NCBI RefSeq assembly: GCF_006345805.1
Contig: NC_043013.1
Coordinates: 7,874,001-7,938,000 of the forward strand
Length of the DNA stretch: 64,000 bases
DNA from: Octopus sinensis
Lineage: Eukaryota
Direction: 5' to 3'
This document shows positions 12,515 through 24,578 of this stretch, in pieces. Within the stretch, counting starts at the first letter, position 1. Every line of letters begins with the position of its first letter. A program made the translations under genes and the position numbers. The notes beneath the pieces are model-generated. The model was not told the DNA's origin. It saw only the letters and a list, made by a program, of their open reading frames with translations, and did not search any database.

Positions 12515-13392
12515 ATTAAAACACTAAGGTTTGAAATAAGATGCCACTACTGTTAATATCATCCCTCTTTACTCTTTTACTCTTTTACTTGTTTCAGTCA
12601 TTTGACCCCGGGACTTATTCTATTTGTAAGCCCAGTACTTATTCTATCGGTCTCTTTTTGCCGAACAGCTAAGTGACGGGGACGTAAACACACCAGCATC
12701 GGTTGTCAAGCAATGCTAGGGGAACAAACACAGACACACATACATATATATATATATATACATATGACAGGCTTCTTTCAGTTTCCGTCTACCAAATCCA
12801 CTCACAAGGCATTGGTCGGCTCGGGGCTATAGCAGAAGATACTTGCCCAAGATGCCACGCAGTGGGACTGAATCCGGAACCATGTGGTTGGTTAGCAAGC
12901 TACTTACCACACAACCACTCCTATCTATGGATAAAATTATCTATGGATAAAATTTGAAATTGATGGTATCAACAGTAGGTGTTATCAACATAGGTGGTTC
13001 ACAGGCAAATAGTGTTATTAAGCTATAATATACGAATTAGCATGAAGCGTAAAGATGCTGAAACTCAGGTATATAGATATCTTAAATAGCATAATCTTTC
13101 ATAGGTGTGGTCTTGATTATATCAATTCTTTCCATTTCTTCGCCTACTGTTTTACTTCTCTGTTATTTTGGTGCTTTACAGTGGTTTAATTAAGACTTTA
13201 GCTCTTATTTCTAGCAGGTTGATGTTTTTTCTGCATCCTTACACTTCAAGCTAATTTGTCTATTACAGATTAATAATGCTATTTGCCTGTGAACCACCTA
13301 TGTTATTACTGTTGATACCTTCAATTTTATCCATAGATAACATTAACAGTAGTGACATCTTATTTCAAACCTTAGTGTCTGAATGTTTTGTC
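12515..13392. mobile_element. Foldback/MITE-like element with ~200 bp inverted arms, left arm interrupted by a family A SINE (12565-12922)
   Basis: cactaaggtttgaaataagatgccactactgttaat + ctatggataaaatt...ggtggttcacaggcaaatag is the inverse of 13265-13390; its centre recurs in inverted orientation at 12175-12370. Confidence 0.7.
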
Positions 13393-13536
13393 TATATATA
13401 TATATACATATATCAGCCGAAATTGCGAAGATGATCCGGTTCTTGACTGAAGATTGAAGGCTTCGAATGTCCCGTCCGTGTTTTTTGTGTTGTCTTCTAA
13501 TTGTTTCTTATCCCAGTTTGTATATTTTTTTACTTT

Positions 13537-13570
<34 letters not shown>

Positions 13571-13573
<3 letters not shown>

Positions 13574-14404
13574 GGTGCGTTGGATAAATTATTGCCATTT
13601 TATATTTTATATTTCGTGCATGTGCATTGTTTTTGATTTTGTCAACTACACAGTGTAGTAGGGTCAATTGGGCACCATCTGTGAGAAAAACAGTACCGTG
13701 ACGCAATTCACTCGGCTTTCATGCTGGAAGCTCCAATACAGACAATTCAGAGTGTCTGGGTTTCAATCTGAAGACATGTACCGAGAGTGATAAAAATCAA
13801 ACATCCATGTCAACATCATGGTACTTGGAGTGATCACTAGTGATGGCAACGTTATGCCTCCATTCATCTTCTCACATGGCCACAGACTCAACATGGAGGC
13901 CTAAATCAAGTGCCTGGAGGAAATGGAGCTGCCCTGGGTCAAGAGAGTGGCTGCTAGAAGACCTATGTCTGGCAACAGGACTCTACACCATGCCACACAA
14001 GCAGGAGAACCCAGTCATGGCTGTCAGACAATTTCTGTGATCACATCACCCCTAACATCTGGCCACCTAACTTCCCAGACTGCAACCCCCTTGAATATTA
14101 TGTGTAGGACACAGTTGAGTGACAGACCAACAAAACTCCTTGTAACACCAAAGATGAACTGAAGGCAAGGATCATGGCAGCATTCACCAACTTAAACAAG
14201 GAGACTGTCCAGAAGATTTGCAGGAGATTCTGAGGTCATCTGGAGGCATTGGTTGAAGCCAATGGTGATTTTATTGAATAAATTTACTCTTTAGTATTTC
14301 AAGATATTTTTATGTAATTTTGCTAAATATATCTGTTAAAATGAGATGTCAGTGTTATTTTTATTTTTGCATAATTTAGATGACAGTTTATTCACCACAC
14401 CCTG
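13571..14404 (+). mobile_element. Decayed maT-like Tc1/mariner transposon (37-residue spacing, DD37D inferred), internally deleted
   Basis: TA-flanked TIRs cagggtg.../...caccctg; translation WQQDSTPCH...WPPNFPDCNPLE with 37 residues after the second D; last codon gaa here and gtt in the second copy, consistent with ancestral gat. Confidence 0.85.
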
Positions 14405-14439
14405 TATATATATATATATATATATCATCATCATCATCA

Positions 14440-14778
14440 TCATCATCATCGTTTAACGTCTGTTCTCCATGCTAGCATAGGTTGGACGGTTCGACCGGGG
14501 ATCTGGGAAGCCAGAAGGCTGCACCAGGCTCCAGTCTAATCTGGCAATGTTTCTACAGCTGGATGCCCTTCCTAACGCCAACCACACCGTGAGTGTAGTG
14601 GGTGCTTTTTACGTGCCACCTGCACAGGTGCCAGGCGAGGCTGGCAACGGCCACGGTCGGATTGGTGTATTTTATGTGCCACCGGCACGGAAGCCAGTCG
14701 AGGCGGGGCTGGCATCGGCCACAAGTCGGATAGTGCTTTTACGTACCACCAGACCAGGGATCCTGGCTGGTTCAATTC
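14440..14778 (-). mobile_element. RTE 3' tail fragment
   Basis: (ATC)n followed by gtttaacgtc...ggatgcccttcctaacgccaacc. Confidence 0.85.
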
Positions 14779-15659
14779 GATATATATATATATATATGTA
14801 TATGTATATATGTGTATGTATGTGTATATATATATATATATATAGATAGATAGATATGTATACATGTGTGTGTGTGTGTACACACATATCAGTTACCATA
14901 CAGTTTCAGTCTATCAAATTCACTCACAAGGGCATTAGTCAGTCCAGAGCTTATAGGGCTTCTATAGAAGACACCTACTTACCCAAAGTTCAGCGCAACG
15001 GGGCTGACCCCACCAAACAACAGGGTTACAAAGTGAGTCTCTCAAACAACACATAACTTTCTCTCGTTTAGTTTAGCTTAGTTTTGTTTTTCTTCTTTAT
15101 TAATAATAATAATATAATAATAATTTATTTGTAATCATTCAGTCAAAAGCAAAGACAAAAGCAGGCTTCCTACAAGTTTTTACCTCTCTTTATCCCCTCG
15201 TTTTATTATCTTTTGTACAAGTTACAAAGCATTTTATGTTATTTCCTTTTGTTATTTCATTAGTTTTTACTTCCCTGTCATTGTCCTTCAAAAGCTGTCT
15301 GTAGTATTGATGCGACAGTCATTAAGAAAATATATTTCCAGTGCACAGAGCAACAGCCTGCTTTACAACTTCCCTAACATTTTGAATAAGTGCGTAACAA
15401 TTGCATTTCTACTGTTTAAAATGCATTAGCCAAGTTACTGGTACGATTGGGTGTTGTTTGCATTGTGACTACAACAACAAAAAAAAAAAAAGGAAAAAGA
15501 AAAAGAAAAGAAAGAATTGTAAGTAAATAAAGAAAAAAAAAGCAAAGAAACAAAACAACATGATAGACACAACTACAAAAAGAGAAGAAAAAAAAAGAAT
15601 GCAATAATAGATAAATTCTATTAACTGAAAACCTTAATCAATATTAGGGTTGAGCTGGA

Positions 15660-15706
15660 GATAATAATAATAATAATAAATAATGATGATGATGATGATG
15701 AGGATG

Positions 15707-15739
<33 letters not shown>

Positions 15740-16030
15740 GTGGTGATGATGATGATGAAGATGATGATGATGAAGATGATGATGATGATGAAGATGATGA
15801 TAATGATGATGATGATGATGAAGATGATGAAGATGATGATGATGAAGATGATGATGATGAAGATGATGACGATGATGATGATGATGATGATGATGATACG
15901 AAGAAGAAGAAGAAGAGGTTGGGAGAAGTGGGGGAATAATGAAAATAACAATGATGATGATGACTGACAACAATGATGAGGAAGAAAAAGATGATGACAA
16001 TGACAAAGATGACGACGACGATGATGGTGA
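15660..16030. repeat. (GAT)n/(GAA)n microsatellite
   Basis: Direct reading; explains the poly-M/H/I ORFs. Confidence 0.95.
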
Positions 16031-16309
16031 TTAAAATCGATAAAAGATCTTATTCTGACCCCATAAAAGACCCTCCCAAAGATAGAAGCTACCAATAAAA
16101 TAACAACACCAACAACAACATTAAAAAAAAATAGGGAAAATGCAAACCTGGCTATCGTAAAACGTGAAAACAGATACGAACATCAATATCACCAAGATAA
16201 GCCAACTAATACTTATAGTAGCCAGAGTAATTACAAGAGAATGTGCCACTTTCCACAAATACAGAAAGAGACTAGAAATTAAATGTAATGATCTCTCAAT
16301 CCCTAATGA

Positions 16310-16575
16310 AAAGACTGGCACGCAAAAAGCACCATCCGATCGTGGCCGTTTGCCAGCCTCGTCTGGCGCCTGTGTCGGTGGCACGTAAAAAGCACCCACT
16401 ACACTCATGGAGTGGTTGGCGTTAGGAAAGGCATCCAACTGTAGAAACACTGCCAGATCAGACTGGAGCCTGGTGCAGCCTTCTGGCTTCCCAAACCCCA
16501 GTTGAACTGTCCAACCTATGCTAGCATGGAAAGCAAATGTTAAACAATCATGATGATGATGATGATGATGATGAT
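16310..16575 (+). mobile_element. RTE 3' tail fragment
   Basis: One 62-bp-type subunit plus ggttggcgttaggaaaggcatcc and (GAT)n. Confidence 0.85.
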
Positions 16576-16924
16576 GAAAAAGAAAAAAAGAATGACAAAT
16601 AATACAGATACAAATTTAAAAAAAAATGTAAGTCATACTCAAAAATTAAAGAATGGCTTTAACCCTTTCGTTACTGTATTTATTTTGATGTGCTCTGTGT
16701 TTCTTTCAATTACTTTAAATATAACAAAGAGTTTAGCAAAATAACTTAGTTATCATTCAGCTAGTGATAGGAACATAAATTGTGACTTGCCCTGACCAAT
16801 ATAACTCTTCTATGCATCGCCATAACTTTTTGCTGAATCACTAAGTTATGGGGATACAAACAAACTAACATTGGTTTTCAAGTAGTGGAAGGGGACAAAC
16901 ACAATCACAATGTTCACACACATA

Positions 16925-17108
16925 TACATAGTTATACATACATACATACATACATACATACATACATACATACATACGTACGTACGTACGTACTTACATA
17001 CATACATACAACATACATACATACATACATACTTACATACGTACATACGTACGTACATACATACATACATACATACATACATAATACATACATACATACA
17101 TACATACA

Positions 17109-17139
<31 letters not shown>

Positions 17140-17297
17140 GTACGTACATACATACATACATACATACATACATACATACATACATACATACATACATACA
17201 TACATACATAATACATACATACATACATACATACATACATACATACATACATACATACATACACACATACATACATATAGACATATGTACATACATA
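16925..17297. repeat. (TACA)n microsatellite
   Basis: Direct reading. Confidence 0.97.
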
Positions 17298-17875
17298 CAA
17301 TGCTATCTGCAAAAAAGACTGTCCTGAAATAAACTTAGAAAATCCCTCTGTTATGGAATACATTCATAAATACCAACTCAAGGAATACTGGTGGAATATT
17401 CCTATCAAAACTTCTATCAAATGTAAACATACCAGACTGGATATTGTTGTTTGGGACAGAAAGACAAAGGTATGTACTATCATAGAGGTCAGCTGCTTTG
17501 CAGATATAAATATCTCTTTGAAAATCAAAGAAAAAGAGGATATCTATGGACAACTGCTTTGAAAATTCCAGCTTCTATATCCAGACTATGAATTCATATT
17601 CATACTAATAATAATTGGAGCACTAGGTTTTATTAGTAAATGCTTAAAAGAGAATCTGGATAAACTGGGATTTTCAGAAAGCGAAACTGACCAGCTGATT
17701 CATCTTTACAAGTGCAATCTGTGAGTGGAACAGTAAAAATGTGCAAGACTTTTCTCAAGTTCCAAATGTGAATTCATCTGTGTTACCTACATCTTCAAAG
17801 ATGGAGCCTTGCATCTTTGTTGGAAGCTGGCTCCCTCCTCAGGGGAAGATTTATAATAATTAAAAAATAGAGGAG
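17298..17875 (+). mobile_element. 5'-truncated RLE-type (R4/Dong-like) LINE: restriction-like endonuclease domain and 3'UTR
   Basis: YWWNIPIKTSIKCKHTRLDIVVWDRKTKVCTIIEVSCFADINISLKIKEKEDIYGQLL...LYPDYEF...IIIGALG...SVSGTVKMCKTFLKF matches the PD..(D/E)xK RLE domain followed by PIIIGALG; one stop and frameshifts. Confidence 0.88.
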
Positions 17876-17958
17876 GCATACATGCATACATACATACTTA
17901 TGTACATACATACATACATACATACATACATACATACATACATACGCAGATACATATA

Positions 17959-18008
<50 letters not shown>

Positions 18009-18010
<2 letters not shown>

Positions 18011-19282
18011 AGGGCTGGACAAAATAACGGAAACACCTTAAAATTTCAAACAAATTTATTTTATTATGAGGTAGGACCACCTTTGGCAGTAATTACAGCT
18101 TGAATTCTACAAGTTATGGACTCATACAAAGTTTGAATTGTTTCCAAAGGAATTTATGTCCATTCTTCAGCTAAAACAGTCTCCAGTTCTTGTTGATGAT
18201 GATGGAGGATATCAACTCCTTACTTGTTTTTTCTAAAATGCACCATAAATGTTCAGTAATATTGAGATCTGGGGACTGTGGTGGCCAGATAAGATGTTCA
18301 ACTTCACTAGAATGTTCCTCGTGCCATTCAGTAACAATTTTAGCTGTGTGAATTGGTGCATTATCATCATGAATGATTGCGTTTCCCTCCAGAAACAGTT
18401 CCACAACCACAGAATGAATTTGATCTGATAAGATGCTTAAATAGTCTTATCTATTAATTCTGCCATGAAGAGAAACCATTGGACTGGCAGATTTCCAAGA
18501 TATAGCCCTCCAGATCATCACAGATCCTCCTCCATGTTTAATAGTTGGAAGAGGGCAGTCTGGGTCAAATGCTTCTTTTGGATGTCTCCAAGTATATACT
18601 CAGCTGGTGGTCAGAAATAAGGTAAAGGATTACTTGTCCAAGAAAATAACATTCTTCCACTGCTCTAGGGACCAATTCTGTAGGTTTTTTTTACTCCACT
18701 CTAAATGCTTTGCAACATTTGTTTTTGAAAGTAGTGGTTTTCTAATTGCATTCCTCCTATTAAATTTGGCTTTGTGCAGCTCCTAGTAAACAGTTTTTGT
18801 GGAAACTGGGTTCTGGAGGTGGTCATTAAGCTCTGCAGTAATTTTGGGAGCTGTACGTTTGTGATCCTTTCAAACAATTCGTGTAAGAGTCCAACGGGTC
18901 CTATCTGTAAGTTTTTTTTTTTTTCAGAGTTTTGTTTCGACAAGGAGGTTTTTCCCTCTTTCTCAAAGGCTGTCATTACTTTCAAGACAGTATTTATTGG
19001 TACACCAAACATTTTGGCTGTTTTCATTATGCTAGCACCTGCCATACAAGCACCAACAAATAGACTTCTTCGAAAGTCTGATAGATCTGTCATTTTAATG
19101 AATTTTAATTAACTTTTTCAGATGATATCTGAAAAGAAATAGCAATTTTAGCAAAACATATTAAGTAACACTAAAAATAAATAAAAAAACATAAAAATAA
19201 ACAAGCTTTTGACGGTTTTACAGATATTTCAAAATTATGATGCTATAGTGCTAGATGGTTCCATTATTTTGTCCAACCTCTG
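18009..19282 (-). mobile_element. Decayed Tc1-type transposon with DD36E spacing
   Basis: TIRs ggacaaaataa(c/t)ggaa; N-terminus MTDLSDFRRSLFVGACMAGAS; HDDNAPIHTAK...WPPQSPDLNITE with 36 residues between D and E. Confidence 0.9.
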
Positions 19283-19509
19283 TATATGCATTTATATTTG
19301 AGCGCGATCAATGCCAGTGCTGCCTGAGTGGCCTCCATGCTGGTGGCATGTAAAAAGCATTAACTACACTCTCAGAGTGGTTGGTACTAGGAAGGGCATC
19401 CAGCTGTAGAAACTCTGCCAGATCAGATTGCAGCCTGGGACAGTCAAAACCCTCCAAAACATGCCACCATGGAAAGTGGATGTTAAGCGATGATGATGAT
19501 GATGATGAT

Positions 19510-19540
<31 letters not shown>

Positions 19541-19869
19541 ATATTACTGCTCTAATTATTTAGCCAGCTCCTTGTGAAACTGTTCAACCCATGCCAGCAT
19601 CGAAAACGGACGTTAAATGATGATGATATAATATTCATATATGTATATATATATATATGATGGGCTTCTTTTAGTTTTTGTTTATCAAATCTACTAACAA
19701 AGCTTTGATCAACCCAGGGTTATAGTAGAAAACTCTTGCCCAGCATGTCATGCAGTGGGACTGAACCCGGAACCACGTGGTTGGGAAGCAAACTTCTTAC
19801 CTCACAGCCCCACTTGCAAACAGAGATCCTTCATCCAGCTCAACAAGAACACATACAACATACATATTG

Positions 19870-20150
19870 GTTCTCTGTTGGTTATGATGACTAGTGTTCC
19901 AGTTGATCTGATCAACGGAACAGCCTGCTCATGAAATTAATGTGCAAGTGGCTGAGCACTCCACAGACACGCGTACCCTTAATGTAGTTCCCAAGGACCC
20001 TTTGAAATACAAGTGCTACTCACTTTTGCCAGCTGAGTGGAATGGAGCAATGTGAAATAAAGTGTCTTGCTCAAGAAGACAATGCACCACCAGGAATTGA
20101 ACTCATGGCCTTATGACTGTAAGCCAAATTCCCTAATCACTAAGCCACCA
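19870..20150 (-). mobile_element. tRNA-SINE family C
   Basis: Reverse complement has ggtggcttagtgattagg, B-box gagttcaattcc, CORE-like ttgagcaagacactttatttcacattgctcca, then the 3' module seen at 9695-9880. Confidence 0.8.
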
Positions 20151-20224
20151 CACAACATATATACATATGCATGTACATACACATATACAAATGCATTCAT
20201 ACACCCCCAGAAATTGTTATACAT

Positions 20225-20455
20225 ATATATTTCTTTGCTGCCCACAAGGGGCTAAACATAGAGGGGGACAAACATACAAAGGGATTAAGTCGATTACATC
20301 GACCCCAGTGTGAAACTGGGACTTTATTTATCGACCCCGAAAGGATGAAAGGCAAAGTCGACCTCGGCAGAATTTGAACTCAGAACGTAACGACAGACAA
20401 TACCGCTAAGCATTTTGCCCGGTGCGCTAACGTTTCTGCCAGCTTGCCGCCTTTG
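20225..20455 (-). mobile_element. tRNA-SINE family D
   Basis: Near-consensus reverse complement of 28166-28392. Confidence 0.88.
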
Positions 20456-20739
20456 TTTATACATATAGCAATACGAACACATATACACCCACACAGTGTG
20501 TACATAAATGTATACGAAATAAAAGAATGTATTGAAAATACTCAAAAGAAGAAATAAAATAAAAAAAAGCAAATATAAATGATAAATAGCAACAAAATAA
20601 TCAGGAAAAATTTGGAAAAGACAATAATTTAGAATGAAGATAAAAATGCAATCAATGGAATTGATCCTGAGTGAGAAAAAGTTTAAGAAAAAGTTTTCAA
20701 ATTCCTTCAATGTTAACAAAAGATAGGATATACATACAT

Positions 20740-21240
<501 letters not shown>

Positions 21241-21619
21241 GCATCATAAATATAGATATTTTATCTGATATATTGAATTCATATGACCTGCATTGAGTAC
21301 TGTTTACAAAAGAGATTACTGTAGTTGTGTGGGAAGACCAGATGGTCAAAAATAGGCTGGTCAATAAATTTCCTTATCAATGTCATACAGTAATCATTGG
21401 TTAACTATTCTTTGAGTTACAGTAATCCATTTTATGAGGTCACGTGATCTGCAAAAACGAAAAAAAAAAATTAAAAAGGTCAATGACTGAGGCAAAGGCA
21501 CTTTTGTGAGGTTGAGGAACTTAGTTGCAATTACAGGATCTGAGGTTCAATCCCACTGCAAAGCACTTTGAGCAAGCATCTTTTACTAAAGTCTCTAATA
21601 ATCATCCGAGAGTCGTTTC

Positions 21620-21900
21620 CCTCGATTGTTAGGTTGTTGCACATATGATTGCAAGATTCTGGGTTCAAATCCCTGACTGGGCAGCACATTGTGTTCTTAA
21701 GCAAAAACACTTCGTTTCATGTTGTTCCAGTTCACTCAGCTGTGAATGGGTAGCCCTGTGATGAAATAAGCTTCCTATCTAAGGAAATATTGGCCTGCTT
21801 GCCTAGTCAACAAGGTGGCAACATATGAAGGCTAAAACTGTGCAAAGCGCATGGTGATCAGTGATGTATAAGAACATCCGATAGTCTGGTCAATACCAGG
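21620..21900 (+). mobile_element. tRNA-SINE family C head carrying the tail found on family B copies
   Basis: B-box gggttcaaatcc; body ttaagcaaaaacacttcgtttcatgttgttccagttcactcagctg; tail gaaggctaaaac...catccgatagtctggtc as at 37550-37620. Confidence 0.7.
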
Positions 21901-22055
21901 GTACCATGATACGCACATGCACAATGGCCTTTCAGTTTCCATCTACCAACTATACTCACAAGGCAGAGTTTCTACAGCTGGATGCCCTTCCTAATGCCAA
22001 CCACTCCGAGAGTGTAGTGGGTGCCTTTACGTGCCACCGGCATGAGGGCCAGTCA

Positions 22056-22289
22056 GGCATATGGCATAGTAGTTAAGAGCACAGGCTACTAACCTCAAGA
22101 TTCCAAGTTCAATTCCAAGCAGTGACCTGAATAATAATAATAATAACATCGAAAAATACCTTAGGAATGCGAACCCAGGTTCGAAATTTCCCCAAGATAC
22201 CTGATGAAGGCTGGAGGGTGTATCAGCTGAAACATTGTGTTAACAACAAAACAAGATGAGAACAAATGTCCATCGAATGTAAATAATGT
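22056..22289 (+). mobile_element. tRNA-SINE family E with an embedded hammerhead motif
   Basis: A-box tggcatagtag, anticodon-like loop ctactaa, B-box gttcaattcc, (AAT)n spacer, then CTGATGA...GAAAC; second copy at 52078-52730 (-). Confidence 0.85.
22196..22241 (+). ncRNA. Type I hammerhead motif inside SINE E (CpG-decayed)
   Basis: GATAC-CTGATGA-A-GGCTG-gagggtgtat-CAGCT-GAAAC-ATT-GTGTT; stems I and II pair with wobbles, stem III AC/AT is one transition away from palindromic ACGT. Confidence 0.7.
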
Positions 22290-22312
22290 CCTCTGGAGAT
22301 GTTTTGTAGGTC

Positions 22313-22725
22313 CAGGAGTGGCTGTGTGGTAAGTAGCTTGTTTACCAACCACGTGGTTCTGGGTTCAGTCCCATTGCATGGCACCTTGGGCAAGTGTCTT
22401 CTACTATAGCCTCAGGCTGACCAAAGCCTTGTGAGTGGATTTGGTAGACAGAAACTGAAATCCTGTCGTATGTGTGTGGTGTGTGTGTGTGTGTGTGTCT
22501 GTGTGTCTGTGTGTCTGTGTTTGTCTCCCCCCCTCCCCAGCATCGCTTGACATCTGATGCTGGTGTGTTTATATCCCCATAACCTAGTGATTCGGTGAAA
22601 AGAGACCAATAGAATAAGTACTAGGCTTACAAAGAATAAGTCCTGGGGGCGATTTGCTCAACTAAAAGGTGGTGCTCCAGCATGGCCGCAGTCAAATGAC
22701 TGAAACAAGTAAAAGAATAAAAGAA
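22313..22725 (+). mobile_element. SINE family A
   Basis: Full head, internal (TG)n, second module and aaaagaataaaagaat tail. Confidence 0.9.
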
Positions 22726-22734
22726 TAAGCACAA

Positions 22735-23190
22735 ATTTTGAATGAAGTGCAAAAGTTTCTACTACCACAACAAATGCTTCTGCGTGTTACCGAGAAATTT
22801 ATAGAGAGCAGAAAAAAAGCTTCTTCTAAGCAAACAACTTCAGACTTGTTTTTTTTTAAAAAGAAATCTACAAGTCTGTCTATGAGTGCTTGTGAATCAG
22901 TGATCGTGTCTACAAGTGATGATGTGTATGTGTCTAGTGTGAGTGAAAGTGATGAAGAAAACCATAATAATAATAATGTCTTTATTATAAGTGATCTTGA
23001 CATTCTTTTTACTTTATATAAAAAGTTCTTTATATTTTACTGTTGTTTTATTGCCTTTTCTTTATGAGTATTATAAATTTTATAGTTAAAATATTTTTCT
23101 CGGAATGAATTATGATTTATAACATTGCTACTATGGGAAATTATTGCCCTGATTTACAAGTTTTTGCTATTCAAGCAGACTCCGGGAACA
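22735..23190 (+). mobile_element. pogo/Tigger-like DNA transposon 3' remnant
   Basis: ORF ends ...ESRKKASSKQTTSDLFFFKK (Tigger-like QT.LD.FF.K); followed by ctcggaatgaatta...ctatgggaaa...gactccgggaac, resembling Tigger-type right ends. Confidence 0.5.
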
Positions 23191-23498
23191 AATGCACTCA
23201 TATATCTAAGCATTACTGTATATAATTAAATAAGATTTGTGTAAAATCTTGTAGAATGGTATGCAAAGCTCATCCACAATTATTGGCTATCTGATGTCAT
23301 CATACGATGAAAATGCTCCTGTTACTGGAAGAAAAACGTTTATCCATTTTCTATCATTTATCTCACTCACTTTCTCTCTCTCATTCAGAGATTTATTATT
23401 GATTGTTTACACTTTTATGAGATCAGTGAGTTTTCATCACAGAAAAAGGATATATGTATTTGCATTGGGACCCCTTTGCATTGAAGACCGGTGATTGT

Positions 23499-23543
23499 TG
23501 TGTGCTGACGACGGGTAAATACCCAGAAACCTGGGTCTGTGCA
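23499..23543 (+). ncRNA. Type I hammerhead motif, CpG-decayed
   Basis: TGTGTG-CTGACGA-cGGGT-aaat-ACCCa-GAAAC-CTGG-GTC-TGTGCA: intact core and GUC triplet; stem I and the stem III palindrome are restored by reversing CpG transitions. Confidence 0.72.
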
Positions 23544-23754
23544 TATCATGTCAGTTCGACGATGGGAAGGATGGCTTCCCTTTGCAAATACTGATAGGAC
23601 ACAGAAAGTGTGTCAATAGCCAGCTGGAGAAGATGTTCACCTGGAGTTGTTAGCCACATTTAAATGGCATATATACTTCACATTGTTGTGCAGCTACTGT
23701 TTATACCTCGTTCAGAGATTTATATATATACATATATATATATATATAGATATA

Positions 23755-24572
23755 TGATGATTTGTATCTTGTGGTACCAGTGCCGTGGCACACAAGAAAA
23801 CCATCCGAACGTGGCGTAGCCAGTACCCACCGCATCGACTGGCCTCCGTGCTGTGGGCACGCAACAAACACCACCATCCGATCGTGGCCGTTCGCCAGCC
23901 TCATCTGGCACCGTGTCGGTGGCACATAAAAACAAACCATCCGAAGACCCGGCAAGACTAGTCAGGCCATAACCCGTGGCCCCTACCTGGGACGTAGTCA
24001 GTCCACCTGTGCATACCTTCCTTCTTGTGACACTGTGAAGACCTGTTGAGGCAAGTGAAAATCAAATCAAATCAAAACAAATCAAAATAGATGAACATCA
24101 ATGGAATTTGTATCTTTTGTGGTACCAGTGCCGGTGGCACACAAGAAAATCATCCGAACGTGGCCGTAGCCAGTACCGCATAGACTGGCCTCCGTGCTTT
24201 GGGGACGTTAACAAACACCATACGATCGTGGCCGTCCGCCAGCCTCATCTGCACCTGTGTCGGTGGCACATAAAAACACCATCCGAGCGTGGCCGTCTGC
24301 ACCTCGTCGGCACCTGTGTCGGTGGCACATAAAAACACCATCCGAGCGTGGCTGTTCGCCAGCCTCGTCTGGCACCTGTGTCGGTGGCAACATAAAATCA
24401 CCCACTACACTCTCGGAGTGGTTGGCGTTAGGAAGGGCATCCAGCTGTAGAAACACTGCCAGATCTGACTGGCCTGGTGCAGCCTTCGGGCTCCCCAGAC
24501 CCCAGTTGAACCGTCCAACCCATGCTAGCATGGAAAACGGACGCTAAATGATGATGATGATGATGATGATGA
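23755..24572 (+). mobile_element. RTE LINE 3' end with internal repeats (same family as 7808-9540)
   Basis: About 1.5 long units, short subunits, shared terminus and (GAT)n tail. Confidence 0.85.
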
Positions 24573-24578
24573 CATATA

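Noticed and set aside
13420-13480. gaCTGAAGA...ttcGAATgtc motif, and the similar word at 51256 (-)
   Set aside because: The GAAA core and helices I and III are not satisfied.
22056-22135. tRNA gene call for the SINE heads (also 1464, 6793, 37327)
   Set aside because: The acceptor stems do not close and the heads continue into SINE bodies, so they are tRNA-derived promoters rather than tRNA genes.
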